From NCBI RefSeq assembly GCF_009914755.1, contig NC_060935.1: 64,000 bases of DNA, one strand, 5' to 3'. Below are positions 14,541 through 27,203 of this stretch, in pieces (the first letter of the stretch is position 1; each line of letters begins with the position of its first letter). Origin of the DNA: the human T2T-CHM13v2.0 reference genome, Homo sapiens. The notes beneath the pieces are model-generated. The model was not told the DNA's origin. It searched no databases and was given only the letters and a program-made list of their open reading frames with translations. The position numbers and the translations under genes are program-made.

Positions 14541-15949
14541 AAAACATATTTTACTCTTAGTATTTTCTCCCTTACTGATCTACATAGGAAGAGATGATTT
14601 CCTGCTGGAGGAAAACAAAGAAAGGAAGGCTGCATGGAGGAGGTGGGATTTAAAATTGCCAGGATGTTAGAGTTTGGATAGGATGAAATGGAAGGGGCAA
14701 CAACCGAAGAAAGGCTTGGAGGCAGGACCATTAAAGTTAAGGTGATATATGGAAAATGGCAAAGGCTTTCCCAGTTGCGTTTTGCTTCAGTCTACAATAT
14801 GGGTGTGCTTCTGTATCTGTGAGAAGTTTGGAGCTGCCGTGAAAACCATCTCTAGATTTCCATCTTCTTAATGGCATAGCCCTCGTGCAGGCTGCCAGCT
14901 AATACGTGGTAAGCTGGAGCCTACCTGATCCAGATCAGGAGTGGCAGGAGATGGATGGCAGCCGGGGGGCCCAGCTGCACCTCACAGCAGGCTCTTCTAA
15001 GGAGATTGACTGAAGCAAGGGAAGGAGATGTTAAGAACAGCCCACTCTACCAGCACACAGCCAGCAACAAAAAAGAGGCAAGTTTTCATTAGAGATCCTC
15101 TGCTAGCTGGGGAGCAGATAGGATATTCCACAGGCCCCTAAAAATGTTAACAGGTGGACAATGCTAAATGCTAACAGATGGACAAAGGTAAGACTGGCTC
15201 ACCTCCTTGCCACACACCAGACCTTGCAAAATTTGCCATTTAAACAGAATATTTTAAAACGCAAATGACAATTACTTATTTTACAAAACTATAAGTGCAG
15301 AACATCAAATCATTCTCTATAAGAGAAAGAATAGTGGAAAAAGAAAGCTGGTGCTAACTAGCAGTAATATGAAGTGGGCTATTCATAGTACTGAATCTTT
15401 TCATAGCCTATTGAACCATGATGGTAACAAAAATTAAGACTTTTCAAAGAGAAACTTAAGGAGTAAGTTGGGAGAGTGATGAACAGTGCATCTTCACACC
15501 CAGCTGACACTCATCTAAGGCTCTTAAAAGAAATATGAAGTATAAAATGGTGTAGACTCATCTATCTTCTTTTTTCCATGGCAACGATCAACTCGGGCAT
15601 TGTGTCAGGAATATTAAACTTAAAAATGAGCTACCATGAGAGACACTATGCTGGTGAAACTAGGCAATGTGTCTGAGAAGTGAGCAATCATTCTTGTAAA
15701 TTGAACACTTGCCAGCAAGGGAGCTATCTTTGAAAACAGATCAGAGAGTCAACCCATCAGTTTGTCTGACTTCTGCAACAGGAAAACTGATAGAGAGTCT
15801 CATTAAGCAGAAGCCACAAAGCTCTTTCTGAAGTCCCAGCTGCTAAGTACAGCAGAATCTTCTTATCACTCCAGTGACCCCCATCCAGGGCTCCAGAGGG
15901 AATGCTCCAGAGCTGCATGGTTTCAGAAATCTTTAATTGTAAAAATTTC

Positions 15950-16140
15950 ATGTATTGAGAGCACATTATATGCCACACACTGTAATGGAAAATTGATGTG
16001 CATTTTTATATTCAATCCTCATGACAACCTAAAAATAAGATATATATTTTTTTCTCCTTTTATCGAAAAGTAAGGTTCAAAGAAACTAAGTAACCTGCTC
16101 AGAGATGCTCAGCTAGAAAGAGGTGGAGCTGCAGTAGAAA
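15950..16140 (-). mobile_element. MIR fragment
   Basis: tattgagagcacattatatgcca...caatcctcatgacaacct...taagtaacctgctcagag. Confidence 0.5.
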
Positions 16141-17669
16141 CCAAAATTCCTGCAGCTCAAACCAAAATTCCTGAAGCTCTAGAGCATCACTCAAGATCTT
16201 GACTCAGGTTTCAAGATCTTGAAACATCATCAGTCCCACTGCCTATAAGGGTTTAGGGCTGGTGTGGGAATTAGGTCAGATTTTTCAGGGCAGGTCTGAT
16301 CAAAGCAGCTCTCCAAGGAACCAACTTTGAGTAGAACAGGAGCTCCTCACAGCCGCTCAGTCCCTATCTGTTCTCTATGTCCTAGGCCAAGATCATCCTA
16401 AATACAGACACATTTTCTCACATATCTTAGTATAGTTACATTTGCATACAAATCACCTTTAGGAGTCCAAAGAAGGTGAATATTTTTCTGACATCCTTTA
16501 TCAATTTAGTGATTTAAATGCTTCCATATTTTTGCTCTAGCATTACAAAACCACTTTTCACTCACTTTTTGTCTATAGGAAAAATATCCATTTCCCTGTC
16601 TAATTAAATGAAATCAGTCATGGGAAAAGTTCTTAATAAAATGCAAAACGCTGTGAAGACTAGAGAGAGAAATTCCATCTTCTGTGAGGTCTGGGTCCAA
16701 ACTTTAGGATTCCTTTCTTTAGGAACTGACCCCTCATGTGGACTTACTTCTAAATAAGCCCATGGTCCACATGAAATCTACCATTAATTGGTCCCATATC
16801 ACAAAATATGACTTTCTCTTTTTTTTTTTTTAACCAGAATTGCATATAGGTATAAGGCAAAAAAAAAAAATAAAGTTTGCTTATTATTTTAATTTGCCAG
16901 CACTTCTGAATCATTTATCTTTAAAAGGAGAATAACTGCAAACCCATGGTTTAGTTTTTAAATGCAAAATGTCAAGGTCTTGCCAATATCTAGGTACTCT
17001 CCAAAAATGTATCCCAGATCTGTGATTCTCTCTGTTGTGGAACTCATTAATAAAGAAAAATTGTCTTTCCTGAAAATTGGCTGATGAGATCTTCAGGGTG
17101 GGTGCATTTTAATGGAGTGCTAAACTGTAAAACCCCTTTTCATGTCATATAACTGTCATGTGGAAAGCAGAGTTAACAAGAATCAACTGACTTAAGTACA
17201 CATAAGAATTGAGGAGAGGGTGGGTCTCAAATATATACTTGTTTTAAATTAAAAATTTCACATAATTATTAATAAATGTCAATCAGAGATTGATTCACAG
17301 GGACTATTGAAAAAACTTGCTGAACTTATAATTTTGGATCAAACCAAGAAGTGTAGCAAGCCGTATTAATAAAAAGTCTTTTTCTCCATCTGTTTTGTTA
17401 TTGAATTATATATGCAACACTTGTGAATAATCTAGTGCCTCTTTCTGACACGTTAATGCTTACTCTATTTAAATATGCTCATAAATACTAACATGGCAGT
17501 TGAGAAACTTGAATTAGGCAAGTGAGACTTCCAAAACATATTAGAACAAATAGTGAATACAGACCAGTGAGCAAATGCATACATTTTATTGGAGACATGA
17601 GTTTTATCAACTGAATCAAGAAATTCAAGAAAGAAGTTTGTCAAGCATTAAATGAACACCCATTTTAGA

Positions 17670-17925
17670 AGGTCGCATAGCATAATAGCAAAGCATGTAG
17701 ACTTGGTGTCATATAGACCTGAGTTTTGAATTCAGGCCCTACTAAAGTGTAACTTTGTGTAATTTATTTAGCCTTCTAAAATGAATCCTCATCTCTAAAA
17801 TGTGGACAATAACTGCCCCTACTCCATACTGGGTATGTGTATTAACTTTAAGACGTATACTTTTAAAAAGCATTGAGTACATTGTCTGCCTCAGAGCAAG
17901 CACTCAATATGTAGTAGCCATTATT
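17670..17925 (+). mobile_element. MIR
   Basis: agacctgagttttgaattcaggcc...cctcatctctaaaatg...aagcactcaatatgtagtagccattatt. Confidence 0.6.
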
Positions 17926-18646
17926 ATTGCTTAATGGTCTGCAAAAAACAAAGAATCCTAAATTTCCATTAAGATCCCATTGTAGCTTACTACTTTTCAG
18001 AGTCCTTAAGTAATTACTTAATTCATTTTTAGGAAAAAGTGTTTGACTTCTAAATAAAAAAAATTTTAAATGAAAAAAATACAAATTTAAATGTAATATT
18101 TGAAAGCGAAAACACTGACCACTAATATTCATCTCTGATGTAGTTAGCATTTCAAAAAATGGTAAGATTGTTACCTAGTGGCTAGGTTATATCAAACCCA
18201 AAACCACTCCTGTTTTGCTTTAAAAATATACAAGTTTCTTTTGCTTGAAAATATTCTGTACATGTTCTTCTTATAAATCTGGCTATTCCCTTTACTATAC
18301 AACCTGTAACTTTATTGATAAAGCCACACAAATTAATTTAGGGGGCACCAGTCTATCTCACTAGAGGAGGGGATCTGCATAAAATAATGCACCGTGCTCA
18401 TATTCCTTTTGGAATCACCATTCCCAATCTCTTGGTCACTCCACTATTGTAAACAGTAAATTTGCCAAACATGTAACAAGACAGGATCCTTAATACCAGG
18501 AAAACTGACTCATGAGCAAGTAAGAACACTTCTGAACACTTTTTTTTTTTCTGTTGGCTTTTGTTTTGTTTGCTTACATTTGTTTTGTTTGCTTACCTAT
18601 TCATACCCTTCATTTTTCTAAGAAGAACTAGAGTAAATGCTTCTAA

Positions 18647-18841
<195 letters not shown>

Positions 18842-20020
18842 TAACTCCCCAGCGACGGTGAACAGGGAGGGCAAAGCTGACTGTTAGCAATGGTGACATG
18901 GGTGTTCTGATCCACAAAATCCTATTGAGGCTTTGAATAGGTTCATCCTAAGCTTCGAGTTCATATAGTACTTTTATTTGTATTATCTTTTGTCACATTG
19001 TTGTTCTTGGAAAAATGCTCAGATGTTAAAAATTGAGACTGTCAAACTCTAGTTGGAAATGTATGAAATGCTAAGACCCTAAAGCACAAAACAGTGAACA
19101 TGCCAAAGGTCAACCACCAATCACATAAATATATCCAGTAGTAAACATATTATTATTGTTACTATGTTTTTAAAAAGTCAATGTAATAATAATTAATAGT
19201 GTTTAAAATTATAATTTTCAGGTAGTTCAATCATCGGATAATGATTTGTATTGTCTGTTTACAATAGTGAAGATGTGACTGTGAAGATTTTAATGAGCAT
19301 GATTTATATAACTAAATGATTTAGGAATTAATTTTGTTTTATTTTTATTTTGAATGAGAAAAGGGTTTTCTTCCACCGATTATTTTTCTCATTAACCAGT
19401 GAGAAGTACACATTATAGTTTATTGAACTTCTAAAAATTAAGAAGAATACGATTGCTTCATTTGGCCACATCAAAAAATGAAAAATCCTCTAAATTTTAA
19501 GGCTGCTTTTTCAAAGAGATTCTCATGAAATTACCTTTTAAATAATAGAATATCTTATATATTTTTCTCTTCTAAAGTCAAACATGCCCTTTAAAGTCAA
19601 TGCTAGTCAAAAGAGATCAACAATCGGTGACCTTTTCTATCTCATTTAAAGTTATATATACTCAGCTCACGTCTCTTTAGGCAAAACATATTTTAAATCT
19701 TTATGGAAACCTTACTCTAAATACAATGGAAGTATTTTATGTAATTTAGTTTTTAGCTTTTGTCATTTTAGTTTCAGGTTTTTAGTAATGTTGAGTTGTT
19801 CCCAAAAGTGATATTAAGGTTAAAGCATGAAAATGCCAGAGAGAAGCCTTCATATGTTGTACTTAGTTTTAACTGTGTTGCATCACCAGTCAGTAATTTA
19901 ATGTAATCTGACAAGCCTTCAGCAGAAGTTTATGATTTTAGAATGCAAACCAACCAACAGCAGTTTTTGCGTAAACTTTCTAACTTAATTGTGTAATATT
20001 TGCATGGGACTTGAAAAGCA

Positions 20021-20024
<4 letters not shown>

Positions 20025-20072
<48 letters not shown>
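20025..20072. repeat. (AT)24 microsatellite
   Basis: Direct read. Confidence 0.97.
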
Positions 20073-20075
<3 letters not shown>

Positions 20076-20138
20076 TCTTTTCCTAAAAAAGACACAGTAA
20101 TGGAAAGTCATACTTCAGTACAGTCCTCCTCTTTTCAG

Positions 20139-20171
20139 CCTCTGATGAAGAATCCTATTTTAAGAAATTGA
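20139..20171 (+). CDS. GRIA4: Coding part of an alternative last exon, PLMKNPILRN-stop (short ATD-only GluA4 isoform, about 433 aa)
   Basis: Strong acceptor tcctcctcttttcag|CCT in phase 0 with the 18790 donor; 10 codons plus TGA; matches my recollection of the annotated short GRIA4 isoform C-terminus. Confidence 0.85.
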   Translation, partial: PLMKNPILRN

Positions 20172-21364
20172 TCAAGAAAGAAAAGAGTTCCGCGCTGTTC
20201 GACCATTCCTAACTAAGGCTCAAGTCTTGTTCTCCAGTGTAGTAAATTTAAGCTTATTTTTCATGTGGGATTCTTCTTGGATGACCAACTCTGGACTACC
20301 AGAAAAAAAAAATTTTAAGTTCTGTGACTTTTCTGAGATACTAGAACAAAAGAAGAATTAATCTTCATCTTTCTCAAGAAATAGATGTTGACAAAGAATC
20401 ACTTAGCGATTCTGACATATCAATTCCCCTATCTTGAAATGAGGTCACTGTATGTAAATGATGGAATTATATCACTCCATTTCCAAGGGTAGATTTTCTA
20501 TAAGTAAATATCTCGGAATTTGTGTGCTTGTTTTCTGAATATATACAGTTGTTTTCTTTAAAGATCTCTTGGAATTTTGCCTGTTCTGTGTGAAATAAAG
20601 TGTTTTAATGTGCATTATAGGTATGATATAGAGAATCTCCTTTCCATCCTTGTTACTAAAGGGACTGGACAAATAAATCTTAAAACCAAAATACTGAATT
20701 AATTTTGCAAGCATGGCTAGTTTTTAGGAAGCATGCTATCAAAAAAAAAAAGACTAAAAATGACTGAAAAAATCCAACTGTTTTATATATATATAAATAT
20801 ATATATATTTATATATATATATAAAGGATATTCTGTAAAGTTATATGTTGTTTGACAGTAAAGCCATCAATATTTTTGCTATCAAAATAGTATAATACTA
20901 GTATCTTTTTGTATGAAAATGTAATCTTTATATAAATAATACCTCTGATATTTGCAACTGCATAATCGTTCAGTAATTCAAAAAGACATACTAGAATCCT
21001 TTTTCTGAAAGTGTTCCTTCAATTTGCTTTTGTTGAAAACGGTAGTCCAGGACCTATGATATCCCTCCACTTCATTCATTATGAAAGAAATCCCTTGTAG
21101 ATAAACAAGATATTGGCATCTGCATGTAATTATCCCCAGATTCAGCTGAAAACTCCCAACACAGATGGAATTGGCTAGACATTTTAATATATGTGATACC
21201 TATATCTAGATATAGAAGGCTGAGAGTGAGCACTGGATATAATTCATTTTGATTGAAATTGATATGGTGTTATTGTTCTTCCAGTTGTCTGTCCTTTGTG
21301 TATGTTCTTATTTATATGTTGATACACTGTAACACTATATGCTATTGCTAAATAAAATTGATTG

Positions 21365-21500
21365 AGAAATTCAGTTATTCATAAATATTTATTGAGCGTC
21401 TGCTATGTGCTAGGCACAGTTCTAGGCCCTGGGGATATGTCACAGACAAAAATCCTGCACTCAATGAAACTTATAGTATATTGAGAGAAAGCAGACCAGA
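21365..21500 (-). mobile_element. L2 3' end fragment inside the putative alternative 3' UTR
   Basis: attcataaatatttattgagcgtctgctatgtgctaggcacagttctaggccctggggata. Confidence 0.65.
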
Positions 21501-21747
21501 AACATAATTAAGAATTATATTAGCTATCTTTATTAAATATAATGTAGTGTTAGCTTTTATGGCTGTTGAAAGTTATTTTTTCTTGTAACAGTGTTGTATA
21601 TCTACAATGTGATTTTCATTTTAATAATGAATTTATTCTACCTGAATATAATCATACTGAATATACCACAGCAAAATCTAATAGAAAATAAAATTAATAT
21701 CATCATTTTTATCTTTAAGTCTTGTTGACTAAAAATGTTATAAAATC

Positions 21748-21753
21748 AATAAA
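21748..21753 (+). terminator. Candidate intronic polyadenylation signal for the short isoform
   Basis: AATAAA followed about 17 nt later by a CA dinucleotide, then U-rich ttgatttaactttttgtatt; 21351 is an alternative. Confidence 0.45.
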
Positions 21754-23998
21754 ATTTATAAGACTGTGACCATATTGATTTAACTTTTTGTATTAAAAGT
21801 AATCATTTCTGCAAATAACCCAAAGAAGCCAAATCTATTCCATGTGGTTTGGATAAATACAGCAATTGAGGGAAAAGCAGTTTACAGTAGATCTTGGGAG
21901 AAGGGAGGGTGGTGTTTTCCTCTGTAATCTAACTACTTTCTTGGCTATTGAACTCTCTGGAAAAGGGGAGATAATACAGTGATGTTTCAGACAAGCTCCT
22001 TTTTTCCCCAAAGCTTTACTACCGAAGTTAAGGGATGCTTATGATGCATTGCTCAACTACAAAGATTTTCTTACCATCTCATGAACACAACAATCCTTTA
22101 GGCAAATTTTCCATAAAACTAAATTTATTCACTCCAGTATCAGAATTATGTTACAAACCTAAAAGCAATTACCCTTATCACACATGATCTTTCCAGAGGT
22201 TATTTTTTGTACTTTTTATAAGATGTTTGATATTTTTTCTTCTCTATGTAAAATTCTGTAGATGCACTATACATATATATGTGCATTATAATAACATACA
22301 CATGCATATTTATATAAAATGTATTATATATATATACAGACATACATACAGAAAATTAAAATGTATTTTCTTCCTTATACAAAATATTAATTTTCCTATT
22401 TCACATCACTCACTGAAGAGCTTATAAATCAGTTAGTTTTTAAATAATTTTGGCTAAATTTAAATTTTTTCAGCCATTAGATTTACTAATTTTTTTTCTG
22501 AATTGAATAATAATATCTTAATTTTCACTTTTAAGAATTTTATCCATGGGATAAATTATCTACATCCATTAAGATTTTTTGGAGAAAACCAAATATCCAC
22601 ATAGGAAACAACATTGGTTAACACTGATCTCATTATTTTATCAACTTTCAATAGTAATTGTAATAATTATATTTGTAATGTTTAGAAAATTTTGAAGCCT
22701 TTCTAATAAATATTTTGTTTCGATAGTTCCACTTTTGCTAAATGCAAATAATCCAGAAAAATCTCCTTGGTAGGAAAATTATATTTTATTGATTAAAAAT
22801 CATCATAATTAATTTACATAAATACTTTCATAAACAAGCCCTAATGTAGCAGCTTTAAACAGAGAGTGATTTATCTCCTGAAAAGCAGAGCAGATGTAGA
22901 ACCCCATTCATTAGAGAAGCTATCTTAATATACAACTCATATTCACTAAGAAGTAATACATTTTAAATAACTTTTAAGAAATTACTGTCCTGCAAAGCAC
23001 AGTAGTTGATAATAATCATGGCAGGTTGTATACATAAGACAGAAAAAAGAGGTTACTCTATCCTTCTGATCATTCCATTTTTATTCAAAATTGAACACTT
23101 GGGAATTCATAAGGCTGTTTTACAAAGATACCCCACAAATCCTCCTTAATGATTTTCTGGAATTTATTATATTGAAAAGATTTTGTATTTTCTTCCCCCA
23201 TAGTAGCCCCCTACCTTTGTATTAACTCTAATATGAAGTGTTTGAAGAGCTACTTGCAGACAACTTGCCAGATTGAGCATGGGGGAAATGAGGAGGTTGG
23301 GCGAATGTTGAGTATTTGCTACTCTTTTGGACTTGACATGAAAGGAAAGCAAAGCAAAATGAAACACAGTCAAAGAAACAGCAGAGCTGAGCAACCATGG
23401 GAGACATCGTTCAAGGAAAGCCTAGCCGTTCTCTCCTTTAAACCTCCCCACCTCCCTGGGTGCGATCATGTCATTTCTCTTATGCTGTCTGCATCACTCA
23501 TCTTGAATCTCAGTAATTGTTTATGCCCCTGGATAGGCAAAAAGTCTAACTGCATTTCTAATCAACATCTGCAGTAAGCTGAAGCCTTTTCTAGTCTTTG
23601 TTGGTTTGCTCAGCAGGAAAACAATGACCTGATGGACCCCTGCTGTCCAAAATAAAAAAGAAAGAAAAAACTGAAAAAATGAAAGACATTAGATAAATAT
23701 TTTCTCAAATAGACATGGGCCTGCTTCAGAAGAGATAACCTAGCGCTTGTTAATATTTACTTTCCTTTAGAAAACCTGAATCAGAATTTCTAATAAAATT
23801 ACTTTATAAAGATACTATTTAGGAAACACTGATAGGCCAGGATATCTTTGTATTTATTTAGTGCCTTCTATATGCCAGACACTATGAGAATACATTGAAA
23901 GGTTTTTATCTACACTGTTTACATAGAAGATCATATGAAGAATTTCATTAAATGAATTTCATAAAAATGCAGAAATGCATTTCTTTAATCTTGTTCCC

Positions 23999-24152
23999 TA
24001 AGTCATATGAAATCTCAATTAATGATATATATTTTGATAAATGCAATAAGCGCTTCAAAATTTTCCAGATATTTCATTAAGTCATATGGAATCTCAATTA
24101 ATTGCACATATTCTGATAAATGAAATAGCTTCAAAAATTTCCAGATATTTCA
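23999..24152. repeat. Imperfect tandem duplication of about 77 bp
   Basis: taagtcatatg...ttccagatatttca twice (23999-24076; 24078-24152). Confidence 0.9.
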
Positions 24153-24487
<335 letters not shown>

Positions 24488-24489
24488 TC

Positions 24490-24690
24490 AGTTCCCACCT
24501 CTTTCACTTGTTAGTTCTGTGAAATTGAACAACTGGCTTAACCTCCCTGAGTCTTCACTGTCCCATCTGCAAAATGGGAAATGCCTACCTCAATGTGCCA
24601 GTGTCAAAAGTAAATGAAAAGACATGAAGAACTTTACATTGTGCCCGATACATAGTAAGCACTAAATAAGTAAGAGCTACCATTGTTTTT
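24490..24690 (+). mobile_element. MIR
   Basis: cttaacctccctgagtcttcactgtcccatctgcaaaatggg...catagtaagcactaaataa. Confidence 0.6.
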
Positions 24691-25302
24691 CACTGCTATA
24701 TTTTATTATTGTTCCCCACATCTTATACTCCTTTGCCATTATTACAAAAAAATTATAGTGACTTTGATTGCAAGAGATCAAGGGGCACACTTGACTTATT
24801 TTTGTGTCCCTATCACCCAGCAAACTGACTGGCACACAGTAGCTGCTTAATAAATGTTTGATTAAATAACAAATATGTAGTTTTTATTGAAGTAAATTGT
24901 TCATTATGTAATGTAGAGGGCATTTAGCAAATTAGATTATAAATACTAGCTAGAGAAACTTGCACACACAAACTAATACAGTAATATATGTACTTGAGTA
25001 CAAAAATTCATGTGTTCAGATATTGCAGACACTTGTGAATTGACCTTCAACTGTAGTACCAAATGGAGCCTTTGCTATACCCCTTTTGAAAAACTCTCAA
25101 ACTTGTTACACTTACAGATAGTAGTTGTACAGCCATTTCAATCTGAATTTAAGCATTTTGCATATATGTGGCTCTTGCTTTTTTCTAAGGACGCTTCCAT
25201 ATTTTAAAAAGGTTATTTTAAAAAAAAGAGAAAATATAAGAATTAGCTCCTAATAACTATTAATATTTTATAGCATATTTTAGAAAATAATAATGCTTTG
25301 CA

Positions 25303-25349
25303 ACAATTCACCAATTTTATAACCACAATTCACCAATTTTATAACCACA
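25303..25349. repeat. Perfect 22-bp tandem duplication
   Basis: ACAATTCACCAATTTTATAACC x2 plus ACA. Confidence 0.92.
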
Positions 25350-26074
25350 TTTGCTAAACTCTTTATATTTTCACAATGTTTTCCATAAACTACTGCATAA
25401 TTTTCATCTATCTAAAGAAGAGGCAATTGGATGCCTTACTTTTATGTGTGGAAGAACTTTTTACCTGATTCCAGGGTTAGAATATTCATCAAATTAAAAA
25501 AAGTGGGAGGTTTCTGGGTCATTTAGCCATGCCAACCTAAGGCAGGATTTAAGAACACAGTAGAAGGACCAATCCTGGATAACTGCCCACTGTAGAATTA
25601 TTTAGGGCATCTCTATGAGAAAATAAAATGTCCTATAATTCACATGTTTTATTAAATTTTTAAAAGGGGTTCTACATTTATGAAGTACTTAAAAACAAAA
25701 TCAGAATTAGTGTAGGTTGCCATGTTATTCATGCAAAGTAAATTACCTTCTATTATACAGTTTTAAGAGCAAATTCAACTTCCCCAATTATGAACTTTCT
25801 GGGGAAAAAGAAAAGACTTTTATGACAGATTACCAAATAAATGTTACAGTACAATTTTATAAAATATGAATACATTATCTCAATAATGTTGTAGCCAAAG
25901 GTGGTCACTCCTTGTCTGCAAATGACTGGAAAAACTCAGATGTGACCAGGGACTCTCTCCATATTATGTGTTCACCAGGTTTATCTTTGGTTGGTGGCTT
26001 TAGGTGCCACTTACAAAATCAAGTGCTTTTTGCTAAAATGTCTCTTTAGTGCATGTCTTTTAATGGTTTGGTTT

Positions 26075-26078
<4 letters not shown>

Positions 26079-26122
<44 letters not shown>
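26079..26122. repeat. (GT)22 microsatellite
   Basis: Direct read. Confidence 0.97.
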
Positions 26123-26124
<2 letters not shown>

Positions 26125-26978
26125 CTGAAAACCGTCCAGTAATTATTAGCCACTGATAAACTTTTTCATTTTATCAGGATTTTCACCATAATTATTCATC
26201 AAATTTTCTGTCTCACTTGCTTAGAAAACTAAATGGGAGTATCACCTCAAGTGTATGCTCATTACAACTGGAGGAAAATTATCAGCATCACTAGGGAAAT
26301 GTTTTATAATATAATTAAATTTCATGGAGCACAAACCATGCTTAAAGCCAAAATACTGGACAACATTAGGAAAGCAGATTTAATGCAAATAACTATTTAA
26401 GAATTTTTTAACTATTGATTCATTTTTTCTTTGAATGATAGTGTACCAAGTGCCTGCTCTGAGACAAGCATCTTGCCAAACACTAGAGATCAAAGAAAAA
26501 TGACGTAACCTTTTTCTTAAAGGAAGTCACAGTTGAATGTGGCTAAATAAGATGCAGAATATGGAAACCTGTGACCTTGAATTAGTCTTTTATGAGGTGA
26601 AGCTGACTACTGAATAATCTTTAATTTCATGAAATATTTTAGAAATACTCATTTCATTGCCAAAGAATATAATTTATGCTTCTTTAGATAATTATTAACT
26701 GGCACTTCTCCCACCACAGTCATAGTGCTAGGTTTTTAATACTTTCTCAAATGGAAATTTAAAGATTTCAGTTTTAGTATCCAATGCAAAGCAATTTAAT
26801 CTCTTCTAAGCATACTTATATATTCATCTGTTTTATTATTGACTTCTAGCTACACCAAATCAGTATGTGTACCAATACTAAATACAATCTTTTGTCAAAT
26901 TCTGAAATTGGAAAGTTACATAAGGTTTTTCAAATGTTTTATAATTTCTCCTTTACAGTTCTACTTCTCTCATTATAG

Positions 26979-27203
<225 letters not shown>

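Larger units (their letters stand above)
20172..21770 (+). other. GRIA4: Probable 3' UTR of the alternative last exon; end position approximate
   Basis: AU-rich, largely repeat-poor sequence after the stop; AATAAA at 20594, 20672, 21351, 21687 and 21748. Confidence 0.55.

Noticed and set aside
23167-23577. 114-aa non-repeat ORF (likewise 44076-44438)
   Set aside because: No recognisable homology or splice/promoter support; length expected by chance
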